A stretch of DNA of 64,000 nucleotides from Spirochaetae bacterium HGW-Spirochaetae-1 (GCA_002839375.1 PGXY01000004.1:277817-341816), one strand, 5' to 3'. Shown: positions 49,621-59,713, counted from the stretch's first letter. A program made the numbers and translations. Notes: generated by a model from the letters alone, not told the origin.

Positions 49621-50043
49621 TTATTCGGCCAATCTTTTTTCAAATTCCAGGGCTGTTACTATTTTTATATTGTGATATGGATTCAGGACAAGAAGGTCTT
49701 TATCCCCGGTAATAAGATAGTCAGCATTAGCTGAAACAGCAAGTTCAAGCAGGAAGTTATCTTTTTCATCCCTGCAGTCTTTGATAGCGCAGTCTGGTTT
49801 AATAATCTTAATTTTTTCACCCAGTAATGAAATCAGCTCATAGAATTTAATGGCAGGTATTATTTTTTGTATGCGGGGATACTCGAGGACTTTAATAATT
49901 TCTTCAAATAATTCTTCGGAGAAAATTAACCGGATATTTCCATTTACTAACATTTTTTGCAGTGTGGCCAGGTTCCTGCCAACGAGCATGCTTATCCAGA
50001 GGTTGGTATCAACGACGACTTTTATTACGTTCTGATCTGACAT
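49621..50043 (-). CDS. PIN-domain toxin (type II TA)
   Basis: VVDTNLWIS, CRDEKDN, ITGDKDLL. Confidence 0.9.
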   Translation of the reverse strand: MSDQNVIKVVVDTNLWISMLVGRNLATLQKMLVNGNIRLIFSEELFEEIIKVLEYPRIQKIIPAIKFYELISLLGEKIKIIKPDCAIKDCRDEKDNFLLELAVSANADYLITGDKDLLVLNPYHNIKIVTALEFEKRLAE

Positions 50044-50230
50044 TTTCAACTATCGCAGTAATCTCTTCGTCGGAAATTTCGTCCGATCTGAATTCTTTAA
50101 AAAGATTTTCAATACGATATTGGATAATTTCATCTTTTATTGTATCGTACAGCTTTAGCTTTTCATTAAAGGGCATGGCAGCTGCCGCATCAATAATCTG
50201 TTTTGTGTCTATATTCATTTTTATCTGCAT
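50009..50230 (-). CDS. Putative antitoxin (VapB-like)
   Basis: 73-aa ORF overlapping the PIN gene start; ISDEEITAIVENVR. Confidence 0.75.
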   Translation of the reverse strand: MQIKMNIDTKQIIDAAAAMPFNEKLKLYDTIKDEIIQYRIENLFKEFRSDEISDEEITAIVENVRSERNKSRR

Positions 50231-50443
50231 CTTTATTTTTCCTCACGGGACTCATTATAGTAATAATATATAAAAAAGTACGGTCAAGTTATAATTTTTT
50301 TTTGATTGTTTTTATTTTAATCGAGACTCTGGCAAAGATATACCGTTCTCCGTAAAAACTGGACATGTAATAAGCAATATTTTAAGAGGGATTACATGGA
50401 ACAGAAAAATCAAAGATGGACCGAAGGCCGAAAGGCATACCCG

Positions 50444-52087
50444 TTACTGAAAATGCACCCGGTCCCGGCCCATCTCTTTGGCGCGATACATGGCCGCATC
50501 GGCCCTTTTTAGCGAATCGTGGGCATTATCATCGTTTTCCATGAGGGACGTGAGCCCTATACTGACCGTGAAATCCGCTGTGATGTTGTCCAGGGATACG
50601 CGCGTTGTGGAAATCTCGTTTCTGAGGCGCTGGGCCACATCCAGGGCTCTGTCCCGGTCGGTGTCGATGAGAACCACGGCGAATTCCTCGCCACCCATAC
50701 GTCCCAGAATATCACTTTCCCGCAAAACCTGGCGGGTTTTTTCCACCAGGCTCCGCAGTACCATATCGCCGAAGAAGTGCCCGTGGGCATCATTAATGCT
50801 CTTGAAGTGGTCCACGTCCATCATGAGGAATGACAGGGGATAGCTGTAACGCCGTGACCTGCTGATCTCGTATTCAGCTTTTTCGAAGAAGCTTCGGCGG
50901 TTGTCGATACTGGTTAGGGGGTCCGTGGCAGCCAGGTACTTCAGCCTGTTCTCATGGCTCTTACGCTGGGTTATATCGCGCACCAGGGACTGTATGTATT
51001 TTTTACCTCCCAGGTCGAGTACGCTGAGCATGATCTCGGCGGGGAATATATCACCATCTCGTCTTCGGTGCGTCCATTCGAAGAGATGACTTCCCCTGTC
51101 CATGGCTTTTTGTATGTGTTCACGCGACAGCTTGACGGAATTTTCACCGCCGGGCTGTTCAGGAGGAGAAAAGTCATAGGGGTGATGATTGATAAACTGT
51201 TCCCGGCTGTCGCACCGGAACATGGTCAGCGTTGCCTCGTTGCAGTCCACGAAAGAGTCATTTTCAAGAATCATTACTGCGTCACGTGTCGATTCAAAGA
51301 GGAGACGGTGTTTCATCTCAGATTCCCGCAGTGCGCGTTCCGTCATTTTCTGAGGGGTGATGTCGATGGTGAATCCCGCCAGGAGTGGCGGATGGTCTTT
51401 ACGGATGATGGGGAACTTTGTCGTTGAATAATAGCGCCCATCAAGCTCCTCCACCACTTCCAGGGGTTTTCCTTCCTGCAGGATCCTCTCATCATCGGCC
51501 ACCATGCCTTTTGCCAGGTCCGAAGGGAAGAGGTCGAACATGGTTTTTCCCAGCAGTTCTTCTATGGGCCGGCCGATCATTGTTTCATAGTTTTTACTCA
51601 GTTTAAGGGAACGGATATGGTCGTCTTTAAAAAATACATAGCTGGGGCTGTGTTCCAGAAAGAGGTCGAGCAGATCCCGGTCGGTTTCCAGTTCATTGAG
51701 CCGGTCTTTCTGCCTGTTATGTTGCGAAAGGGCTGAACGGATTGCCATGGGAAGAAGAGTAGCGATATGGGATTCCGGTATGTATCCGCAGGAGATCAGG
51801 GATTCCGATTTCTGCAGCAGTTCCGGGCCGGTATTATCGCCGACAATAAACAGCAGGGGAAGGTCATGGTCCATGAGAAATGCGGCCAGGGTCTGAATAT
51901 CGTCGGGAATGCATTTTCGGGAAAGATTCACGATGATGATCTTGTCGGTATTTCCGGTAATGAGCTCCCTGAATGATTCAGTATTATACACCGGTGATAT
52001 GCTGAATCCCTGCTCCCTCATGAAGGAGAGGGCTTTTCCTTCATCGGTTGCTCGTGGGTCAAAAAAGAGAATTTCGGTTTTATCCAT
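50444..52087 (-). CDS. Diguanylate cyclase (degenerate REC-PAS-PAS-GGDEF)
   Basis: TDPLT, DVDHFK, RESD I-site, GGEEF. Confidence 0.92.
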   Translation of the reverse strand: MDKTEILFFDPRATDEGKALSFMREQGFSISPVYNTESFRELITGNTDKIIIVNLSRKCIPDDIQTLAAFLMDHDLPLLFIVGDNTGPELLQKSESLISCGYIPESHIATLLPMAIRSALSQHNRQKDRLNELETDRDLLDLFLEHSPSYVFFKDDHIRSLKLSKNYETMIGRPIEELLGKTMFDLFPSDLAKGMVADDERILQEGKPLEVVEELDGRYYSTTKFPIIRKDHPPLLAGFTIDITPQKMTERALRESEMKHRLLFESTRDAVMILENDSFVDCNEATLTMFRCDSREQFINHHPYDFSPPEQPGGENSVKLSREHIQKAMDRGSHLFEWTHRRRDGDIFPAEIMLSVLDLGGKKYIQSLVRDITQRKSHENRLKYLAATDPLTSIDNRRSFFEKAEYEISRSRRYSYPLSFLMMDVDHFKSINDAHGHFFGDMVLRSLVEKTRQVLRESDILGRMGGEEFAVVLIDTDRDRALDVAQRLRNEISTTRVSLDNITADFTVSIGLTSLMENDDNAHDSLKRADAAMYRAKEMGRDRVHFQ

Positions 52088-52114
52088 TGATTAAATTTGC
52101 TCCGTATTGCAGCA

Positions 52115-52459
52115 CTATATATACAGTAAAAATAAACGTACAGTTATTTTCAAATATTTTATTTTTGCTTTTCCAATATTTATCAGACCATGGAGAGAAT
52201 TTTCCCCTCTGCGTCGCCTATGATACGGCTCTGACCCCAGGAAGTATCCCCGGGAATTGACTATGATGTGGTGAATACCGCAGCCGGAACCGGATCTGGC
52301 TGCATGGAGGGTCAGAGCCTCCCCGGAAAAGATCCGGCCCAGGCGTTTACCTACGGCAGTATAGTAATCCAGAATACCCATCTCTTCAGGCGGGCTTTCC
52401 AGGAAAAGCTGGTTCTCGTTGTTCAGGTCGCCCGTGGTCTGGAGAAAATAGAACTTCAT
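52115..52459 (-). pseudogene. Decayed Imm11/DUF1629-like gene fragment carrying RAYT-type REP motifs
   Basis: MKFYFLQTTGDLNNENQLFL...GKRLG...IIVNSRGYFL resembles recalled Imm11 N-termini; similarity is lost after the REP at 52228-52241. Confidence 0.5.
52228..52318. mobile_element. 91-bp segment bounded by copies of both RAYT-flanking motifs (REPIN-like)
   Basis: GCTCTGACCCCAGG (identical to 22093-22106) ... GCATGGAGGGTCAGAGC (identical to 22777-22793), same order and orientation. Confidence 0.7.
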
Positions 52460-52583
52460 GGAAATATCCTGCCATAAATAAAAGATAATTACAAATAAAA
52501 AATGATTGTCAGGTGATTGTTGCGGCGCTATGACATCTGTATGGTTGTTGAAAATTAGAATGGCAATTATATAAAAGAGGGAC

Positions 52584-53531
52584 ATGGTTGAAGTAACGGA
52601 GCTTACCAAGTTTTTTGTCACACGGAAAAAGGGGTTCTTTGAAAAACCCGGCACTATCCGGGCCGTGGACAACATCAGCTTTTCCATCAGGCGCGGCGAG
52701 ACCCTGGGCATGGTGGGCGAGAGCGGCAGCGGCAAGACTACGGCGGTGCGTTCCCTCCTGCGACTTATCGAGCCCGATGCCGGAACCGTCATCATCAATG
52801 GTGTAAGGGTCGATTCCCTGGCCGGGAAGGACCTGCGGGAATTCCGTAAGAATGTACAGATCGTGTTCCAGGACCCCTACAGCGCCCTGGACCCGCGCAT
52901 GACCGTGGGTAAAATTATTTCCGAGCCGTTGCGCATTCACACCGATATGAACAGGACCCTGATACAGGAGCGCCTGGAGGAACTGATCGACCTGGTGGGT
53001 CTCACACCGGACCACATAGACCGGTATCCCCATGAATTCAGCGGAGGGCAGCGCCAACGTATCGGCATCGCCCGGGCCATTGCCCTGAACCCCTCCTTCA
53101 TCATTCTCGATGAACCGGTCTCGGCGCTGGACGTTTCCATACAGGGACAGATTCTTAACCTGCTGAACGACATACAGGAAAAGATGGGCCTGACCTATCT
53201 TTTCGTGGCCCACAACCTGGCCGTGGTGGAGCATATGAGCGATACCATCGTGGTCATGTACCTGGGGAAAATCGTCGAGGAGAGCCCCAGGGCCGATCTC
53301 TTTGCAAATCCGCTTCATCCCTATACGCGGAGCCTCCTCAAATCCGTTCCCGAGATGAAGGCCCGCAAACACGGTTTTTCCGTTCTGAAGGGTGAGATAC
53401 CCTCGCCGGAAAATCCTCCGCAGGGCTGTCATTTTCATCCCCGGTGCCCCCAGGCTATGGATATATGCAGGGACGTCTATCCCGACATGAAAAAGACGGG
53501 CAATGCTCGCGCCGCCTGTCATCTCTATTGA
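52584..53531 (+). CDS. Oligopeptide/dipeptide ABC ATP-binding subunit (OppF/DppF-like)
   Basis: GESGSGKT, FSGGQRQR, HPYT, GCHFHPRC. Confidence 0.92.
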   Translation: MVEVTELTKFFVTRKKGFFEKPGTIRAVDNISFSIRRGETLGMVGESGSGKTTAVRSLLRLIEPDAGTVIINGVRVDSLAGKDLREFRKNVQIVFQDPYSALDPRMTVGKIISEPLRIHTDMNRTLIQERLEELIDLVGLTPDHIDRYPHEFSGGQRQRIGIARAIALNPSFIILDEPVSALDVSIQGQILNLLNDIQEKMGLTYLFVAHNLAVVEHMSDTIVVMYLGKIVEESPRADLFANPLHPYTRSLLKSVPEMKARKHGFSVLKGEIPSPENPPQGCHFHPRCPQAMDICRDVYPDMKKTGNARAACHLY

Positions 53532-53550
53532 TGGGGCCGGTCACAATCAT

Positions 53551-54366
53551 ATGAAGGAACGGGAAACCATTCGCCGCCGAATTCGTTTAATCATCGCCTG
53601 TACTTTTATTACTGCCATGACCGTTTCGTGCCACCGCAGCGCTTTCGACCTGAGCGGCTTCATCTATCCCGGCAACGACAGCACCATGGTACCCCGCATT
53701 GGTGCCGGTGAAATGATATCCGTTCCTTCGGGGGAGCGCCTGTCGCGGGGATATTTTTCACCCCGGGGTCAGCGTCTTGTCGTGTTTTTCCACGGCAACG
53801 GTGAATCGATGTACCACATGGAAATAACGGGGAAAAAATTTTACGAGGCCGGTTACGGTATTCTCTTGGCGGAATATCCCGGTTACGGTGTTTCGGCGCA
53901 GTACGAGGCGAACGAAAAAAATATTTATGAAGACGGCGATGCCCTTATTCGTCATGTTCAGTCCTCACATTCAATTTCACCGCGGGATACGGTGCTGTTC
54001 GGATATTCCCTGGGGACCGGCGTGGCCGTCGAGATGGCCTCACGGGGACTGGGTTCGAAGATGATACTCATCGCGCCCTACACGGCAACCTATGATGTGG
54101 CCGCCCATTACTTCATTCCCGGACTGCCCCGCATGCTTATAAATGACATCTATGAAACAAAAAACAAAGCGCCATCCATTACCATGCCGGTGCTGATCAT
54201 ACACGGGAAGCGCGATAAAACAATACCCTTCAGAATGAGCGAGGAGCTGACGCCCCTTTTCAGGGACGCCGTGATGATTCCCGTTGAGGACGCGGGCCAC
54301 GAGGTCATCGTGCGTGTTACCGATGGGGAACTGTGGAAGGCTGTCTCGGATTTTCTTGCCCGCTGA
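53551..54366 (+). CDS. Alpha/beta hydrolase, possible lipoprotein
   Basis: FHGNGE, EYPGYG, GYSLG, IHGKRD, AGH. Confidence 0.88.
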   Translation: MKERETIRRRIRLIIACTFITAMTVSCHRSAFDLSGFIYPGNDSTMVPRIGAGEMISVPSGERLSRGYFSPRGQRLVVFFHGNGESMYHMEITGKKFYEAGYGILLAEYPGYGVSAQYEANEKNIYEDGDALIRHVQSSHSISPRDTVLFGYSLGTGVAVEMASRGLGSKMILIAPYTATYDVAAHYFIPGLPRMLINDIYETKNKAPSITMPVLIIHGKRDKTIPFRMSEELTPLFRDAVMIPVEDAGHEVIVRVTDGELWKAVSDFLAR

Positions 54367-54420
54367 TCACCTGCTGCATTTTCCGATAATGATCACAACG
54401 GGCATTATAGAAACTAGTTT

Positions 54421-54900
54421 CTAAAAGTAATACCGGGCTCCGATGCCGCCGTCGATGTCAAATTCCGTGGCCGGATAGAGGGATATCCCCGGGGCAAGCT
54501 CGGCAAAAAGCTCCACCCGGGGGATGACAAAGAACTGGAGACCCACGGGAATGCGGATGCCGAAACCGGCCGTTGTATCATCATGATGGTTATTGTCGTC
54601 CCTGCTGTGCTTATCCATGATGCGCAGTTTCAATCCGGCGCCGATGAACCAGTTAACGGGCTGGGCAAGGGTGGCGTTGTAGATCCAGTAATCGCAATGC
54701 AGGTGGAAATGGTTGTTGACTGACCAGGCAATGCCCACCACGGGGAAGTTTTTATATTTCAATGAAATTCCCGTTGGTTCGCCAAGAATGACGCCCAGGC
54801 CGAAGTCGGTTTTTCCCTGGGCCCGGAGACCAGAAATTCCCGAAAGAATAAAACCGGCTATCAGCACAGTCAATAAAAGAGTACGTTTTTTCATGTCCAT
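54421..54900 (-). CDS. Small outer-membrane beta-barrel protein (DUF3996/BAPKO_0422-like)
   Basis: Signal peptide, FGLGVILGEPTGISLK, GIRIPVGL, C-terminal RYYF. Confidence 0.8.
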   Translation of the reverse strand: MDMKKRTLLLTVLIAGFILSGISGLRAQGKTDFGLGVILGEPTGISLKYKNFPVVGIAWSVNNHFHLHCDYWIYNATLAQPVNWFIGAGLKLRIMDKHSRDDNNHHDDTTAGFGIRIPVGLQFFVIPRVELFAELAPGISLYPATEFDIDGGIGARYYF

Positions 54901-55076
54901 AATGGGTGGTTCCTTTTTAGTTTTTTCCGGCAGTTGTTCCGGGTTGTTGACTGATTGTATATAAAATGGTATTTCAAGTTGAATAGTGTCAATTAAAAAG
55001 TTGCCTGATGCCCGTTGTTTTTTATTGCAAATTTTTGGCTGACATGAGCTAAGGTATTCCCGAGGAGAATCATTCG

Positions 55077-55652
55077 ATGGATTTTATATCGGTTTTAGTC
55101 ATAGCAGTTGCCCTGGCCATGGATGCCTTTTCCGTGTCGGTGTCGGCCGGCATGACAATCGACTGTCCCGGGCCCCGGCATTATTTCCGCATGAGTTTTC
55201 ATTTCGGCCTGTTCCAGTTCATGATGCCCATCCTCGGGTACCTGGGCGGCAAATATCTTGAAAATTTTATTCGAAATTACGATCACTGGGTGGCTTTTTC
55301 ACTTCTTTTTCTGATCGGGATAAAAATGATCAAGGAATCCTTCGATAAAAAAGACGAACAACGGGAACCCGGCAGTAATGCCTGCAAGGACCCGTCACGG
55401 GGCTGGACGCTTATCGTCCTTGCCGTGGCCACCAGTATTGACGCCCTGGCAGTGGGTCTTACCATCGGTGTCCTGGACAAACCCATTATTCTGCCCAGCA
55501 TCATAATCGGTATTGTTTGCGCCGGTTTTTCAATTATCGGTATCGCCCTGGGGAACCGGGTCGGCAAATATGTGAGCAGTGGCGGAGAGGTTATCGGCGG
55601 CGTTATGCTTATTCTCATCGGGATAAAAATACTGGCTGAGCACCTGCTGTGA
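55077..55652 (+). CDS. mntP: Manganese efflux pump MntP family
   Basis: ALAMDAFSVS, FGLFQ, ATSIDALAVG. Confidence 0.9.
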   Translation: MDFISVLVIAVALAMDAFSVSVSAGMTIDCPGPRHYFRMSFHFGLFQFMMPILGYLGGKYLENFIRNYDHWVAFSLLFLIGIKMIKESFDKKDEQREPGSNACKDPSRGWTLIVLAVATSIDALAVGLTIGVLDKPIILPSIIIGIVCAGFSIIGIALGNRVGKYVSSGGEVIGGVMLILIGIKILAEHLL

Positions 55653-55729
55653 CCTGTCCATTTAAGTCTGAATAATGATTTTCATTCATTCCTTGTTTTA
55701 AATAATAGTAACGGTTATCTTAAAAAAGT

Positions 55730-55758
55730 GGAACCGGCAGATCATTACCGGGGTCAAA
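55730..55758 (+). promoter_or_regulatory. Candidate ECF sigma promoter
   Basis: GGAACC-N17-GTCAAA upstream of an operon encoding an ECF sigma factor. Confidence 0.55.
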
Positions 55759-55793
55759 TGATTAAAACAACAAACAGGAAAAGGAGAAAATCA

Positions 55794-56207
55794 ATGAATA
55801 CTGTATGGAACAAAAAAATGCCCTTTGCCTTATTACTGGCGACTGCTCTGGTCTTTACGGCGGGCGGACTATCGGCCCGGGAAGGGAAAAAATGCTGCGG
55901 CGCACCTGATGGACCGGGATTCGGTTATCATATGGGCAGTATCCATCATCTGGAATTTATGCAGAAGGAGCTGGGCCTTTCGGACCAGCAACTCAAGGAT
56001 GTTTTTGATATAACCCAGAAATATCGTCAGAAATATTTTGACAACCGAGGCAATGTGGACAAGACACTGGAGCTCAGGCTAGAGGAAAGAAAGGAAATCA
56101 AAAAGGTGCTCTCCGCAGAGCAGCAAAAAAAGTTTGATGATCTGACCATGAGAAAGGGCCGGGGGATGAAGGGCAACATGAAAGACTGTCCGTACCGGAA
56201 TAAATAG
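55794..56207 (+). CDS. Spy/CpxP-like periplasmic protein
   Basis: RBS AGGAGA; signal peptide; LGLSDQQ and VLSAEQ (LTxxQ-like) motifs. Confidence 0.78.
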   Translation: MNTVWNKKMPFALLLATALVFTAGGLSAREGKKCCGAPDGPGFGYHMGSIHHLEFMQKELGLSDQQLKDVFDITQKYRQKYFDNRGNVDKTLELRLEERKEIKKVLSAEQQKKFDDLTMRKGRGMKGNMKDCPYRNK

Positions 56208-56291
56208 CAGAGAATGACAGGAATGAACGGAGCCGTCATCTGCTTATAACAAATCGGATGACGGTCCCGTGTTTAAAAAGGAGTATCAGCC

Positions 56292-56798
56292 ATGAATAAA
56301 GTACTGATTGCATTACCCTTACTGATCGTCATACTCACTGCTCCGGTAATGGCCGGGGAGGGAGAAAGGTTTCAGGGAAGGAATATGCGAAACGGTGAAT
56401 GTATTGCCGGCCCGGGACCCGATGGGCATATGGGCCCCTACCACGGACTCTGCTACGGTGATCCGAAGTTCCTCCGGGAAGAGCTGAATCTCAGCAGTGA
56501 GCAGATCGGGAAAGTGGCGGAAATAAACGACCGGTTCCGGAAGGAAAGGGATGTCTATTACAAGGAGATGAAACCCGGGAAGGAAGAACTGAAAAAACTG
56601 CTGCTGGCCGAGAAAATCAATTATGATGAGGTGCGGAAAAAGCTGAAGCAGATATCAGACATTGAAATAGAGTTGAGAATACTTCAGATCAAACACCGTC
56701 TTGAGCTGCAGAAAGTACTGACACCGGAGCAGCTGAATAAGCTGAAGAACGAGTACCGGCATATGAAGCATCGGAGGATGCGCAGAAACAATGACTGA
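56292..56798 (+). CDS. Spy/CpxP family periplasmic chaperone
   Basis: Signal peptide; LNLSSEQ and VLTPEQ motifs. Confidence 0.85.
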   Translation: MNKVLIALPLLIVILTAPVMAGEGERFQGRNMRNGECIAGPGPDGHMGPYHGLCYGDPKFLREELNLSSEQIGKVAEINDRFRKERDVYYKEMKPGKEELKKLLLAEKINYDEVRKKLKQISDIEIELRILQIKHRLELQKVLTPEQLNKLKNEYRHMKHRRMRRNND

Positions 56799-57294
56799 CC
56801 GTGAATTCGCCGACATTGTAGGCCAGACAAAGGCCGTGGTGCTTTCTGCGGTGGGGAAGCACCTGGACAGCAGACATTATCATGCCATTGATGATGTGGT
56901 GCAGGAGACCTATCTCCGGGCCTATAAAAATCTGGCAAAGAACGGTTTTCGCCAGGATTCATCTATCGGCACCTGGCTTTACACTATTGCCAGGAACGAA
57001 TCGATCCGGATGAACATGAGGCTGGGCCGTGAAGAGAAAAAATCCTTAAAAGCTGCCGAAGACATGAAGAATGTTGATGCGGCCGGTAACCTGCCGGATT
57101 TTGAAATTGAGCATCTGCATGATACAATCGCCAGGCTTCCGGGAAAATACCGGGAGGTGCTGGAACTGGTGGCCCGGGGCTTTTCCATCGAAGAGATAGC
57201 GGGCAAACTGGGTATGCGCCGGGGAACGGTGAAATCCAGGACATCGCGGGGAAAGGAGATGCTGAAAAAAATGATGCAGGAGGTGACACAATGA
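56791..57294 (+). CDS. ECF RNA polymerase sigma factor
   Basis: DDVVQETYLRAY, TWLYTIARN, GTVKSRTSRG. Confidence 0.92.
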   Translation: MTDREFADIVGQTKAVVLSAVGKHLDSRHYHAIDDVVQETYLRAYKNLAKNGFRQDSSIGTWLYTIARNESIRMNMRLGREEKKSLKAAEDMKNVDAAGNLPDFEIEHLHDTIARLPGKYREVLELVARGFSIEEIAGKLGMRRGTVKSRTSRGKEMLKKMMQEVTQ

Positions 57295-57656
57295 TTTTAA
57301 AAAATTACGACGATATGATGCAGAAGGAAATACAGGCCCGCATGGAAAGCAGTGCGTGGGATTTTTCCATTGCCACGGCAGTGATGCGCGAAAAGCGAAA
57401 GACCCTCCGGCATTTCACCTATGCAGCCTCATCCCTGGCATTCGCGGCCGTGTTTACCGTGGTATTCATCTTTGGCCTGGGACGGGATGCTGAAAAGCCC
57501 GTTTACAGCAACTTTATTTCGCAGCAGGTTGAGAAGACCCATGCCGGGAGCTTTGAAAAAAATATTCTGCTCGTATCTTCCACTAAAGCCGAACAAGCCG
57601 TGATATTTTCCGATGATATGACCAGTCTTATCGATGATGCTCTCATCCTGAGATAG
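57291..57656 (+). CDS. Putative single-TM anti-sigma factor
   Basis: ATGA overlap with the sigma stop; one TM helix. Confidence 0.65.
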   Translation: MILKNYDDMMQKEIQARMESSAWDFSIATAVMREKRKTLRHFTYAASSLAFAAVFTVVFIFGLGRDAEKPVYSNFISQQVEKTHAGSFEKNILLVSSTKAEQAVIFSDDMTSLIDDALILR

Positions 57657-57739
57657 AGTCCCGGGAGCGTTTTTTTCTCCATAGACGCGACACGGTAAAA
57701 ACCTTGACAGGTCGGCCTTTCGCGTCCATCCTGCATGAC

Positions 57740-58684
57740 ATGGGAACCGATAAAAATATTTCTCATTATGGATTCAATGCATCCCCCAATTCAGGTCTGT
57801 CTTTTTCAGGGAAAATAGCCCGTATCATACTGCTTATCCTTTTATTCCAATTCACCATCAGCCTCCAGGCCGGAGAAATCTGGAAGGAGGTGCGGTATCT
57901 CAATGATCTGCTGAGAATCGCCGAGAATCCTCCTGTTGAAGAGCTGCCCACGGAAAAGATATACCTTGGAAAGGAGGCCCTTTTCTGCACCGGCGAGGAG
58001 AAAGTGGCTGTGGAAAACAACCGGGCAGCCCGGCTGCTGGAGGAGGGGAAGTATGAGGAAGCCAGGGAAATACTGAACAACGCTCTTCCCCATGCAGCGC
58101 TTTTTTTCCCTTTCCGCTACAATCTGGGCCTGTGCTATCTCCATCTCGATGATCTCAAGATGGCCCATTTACATTTCACCAAGGCGCAGCAGGTTGTTCC
58201 CCAGTTTCCCAAGACGTATCTGCAGTTGGGATACATCTATGAACGATGGAACAGGGACAGCGAAGCTGTGGAAACCTTTCGCGAGGCCCTGCGGCGGAAT
58301 GCCAGGGAGCTCGATACCTTTATCCTGATCGGCGACATATTTTTCAAGAGGCACCAACTGGAGATGGCGCAGAAGTATTATGATGCGTCCCTGACACTGC
58401 AGCGCCGCTTCCCCAACGGGCTCCTGGGCAGGGCGAAAATACAGTTCATGAGGAAGAGATATCTACAGGCTTTGAACCTCCTGAAGGCCATTGACACAAA
58501 GGGAGACTATGATAAATCGCTTCATTATTACTACGGTGAAGCGGCCTTCAAGCTGCGTGATTATAAAACTGCGGCGGAACAGTATGAAATACTGCTGAAA
58601 AACCGTACGTCACGATTTTTTCTTACCAACTCGTCGCGACTGATTGAACACAAGCTGAATCTGAGCAGGCAGTTCATTCAGTAA
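57740..58684 (+). CDS. TPR-repeat protein
   Basis: YNLGLCYL, YLQLGYIY and YYYGEAAF TPR helices; start uncertain. Confidence 0.8.
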   Translation: MGTDKNISHYGFNASPNSGLSFSGKIARIILLILLFQFTISLQAGEIWKEVRYLNDLLRIAENPPVEELPTEKIYLGKEALFCTGEEKVAVENNRAARLLEEGKYEEAREILNNALPHAALFFPFRYNLGLCYLHLDDLKMAHLHFTKAQQVVPQFPKTYLQLGYIYERWNRDSEAVETFREALRRNARELDTFILIGDIFFKRHQLEMAQKYYDASLTLQRRFPNGLLGRAKIQFMRKRYLQALNLLKAIDTKGDYDKSLHYYYGEAAFKLRDYKTAAEQYEILLKNRTSRFFLTNSSRLIEHKLNLSRQFIQ

Positions 58685-58726
58685 GGGTCTTGCGCAAATG
58701 TTTTTTAATTATCAGCAGGGATAAAA

Positions 58727-59701
58727 ATGGACAACAAGGAGAAAAATACCAGGTTGGAGAATATGCTTAATCCTGAATACCGGGCCCGAATCAACCGCGT
58801 CATGGATTATATTGAGAGCAACCTTGACCGGGAATTTACGCTCGATGAGCTTGCCAGCGTGGCCTTTTTCTCAAAATATCATTTTCACCGCCTGTTCTCT
58901 TCGATCATGAATGAGACGCTTTTTGATTTTATTCAGCGGACCAGAATCGAGAAAGCGGCTTACATTCTTCTGGTTGAACGCGGCAGAACCGTAACCTCTA
59001 TAGCCTATAACTGCGGCTTCTCCAGCCATGCCCTATTCACAAGGACATTCAGGAAGTATTTCGGTATGAGTCCAAGCCTCTGGCGCCGTGAGAAAAGCAA
59101 GCAGGGTCAAGAGAAAAGCAAGAACAGTCAACGGGGGAGCAACGAGGGGAAAGCGCCGGAATCATCAAAGGTATATGTTGAGTACAGAGAAAATAGAAAT
59201 CGCTGGAGGTTTTCAATGGATACTCAACAACAAACCGTGGAAGTAAAGGACTTCCCCGAAATGACAATGGCCTATGTGCGCCACATAGGGCCCTATAAGG
59301 GCAATGCTGCACTTTTCGAAACCCTGTACGGGAAATTATGCGGCTGGGCAGGGCCGAGGAATCTTATCGGCCGGAATACGAAGTTTATCAACATCTATCA
59401 TGATAATCCGGAAATTACCGATGAGGAAAAGCTGCGAGTCAGCGTCTGTCTTGAGATTGACCGGTCTGTGGAGGTCAGCGGTGAAATTGGAAAAATGACT
59501 GTGACGGGCGGCAGGTATGCCGTGTCACGATTTGTCGTATCCGAAGACGGGTTTCAGGAGGCATGGCAATGGGTTTACGGCACCTGGCTGCCCCAGAGCG
59601 GCTATCAGCCCGACGACAGGCCCTGCTTTGAACTTTTCCCGGAAGAACCGAAAGATGGGAAATTTACTGTGGATATATGCGTGCCGGTGAAACCACTGTA
59701 A
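58727..59701 (+). CDS. AraC family regulator with GyrI-like effector domain
   Basis: FSKYHFHRLF, CGFSS...FRKYFGMSPS, RHIGPY, WLPQSGY. Confidence 0.92.
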   Translation: MDNKEKNTRLENMLNPEYRARINRVMDYIESNLDREFTLDELASVAFFSKYHFHRLFSSIMNETLFDFIQRTRIEKAAYILLVERGRTVTSIAYNCGFSSHALFTRTFRKYFGMSPSLWRREKSKQGQEKSKNSQRGSNEGKAPESSKVYVEYRENRNRWRFSMDTQQQTVEVKDFPEMTMAYVRHIGPYKGNAALFETLYGKLCGWAGPRNLIGRNTKFINIYHDNPEITDEEKLRVSVCLEIDRSVEVSGEIGKMTVTGGRYAVSRFVVSEDGFQEAWQWVYGTWLPQSGYQPDDRPCFELFPEEPKDGKFTVDICVPVKPL

Positions 59702-59713
59702 TATCCTTCCTGC

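Noticed and set aside
54901..55076. yybP-ykoY Mn riboswitch expected upstream of mntP
   Set aside because: No GGGGAGUA-type core or four-way junction seen
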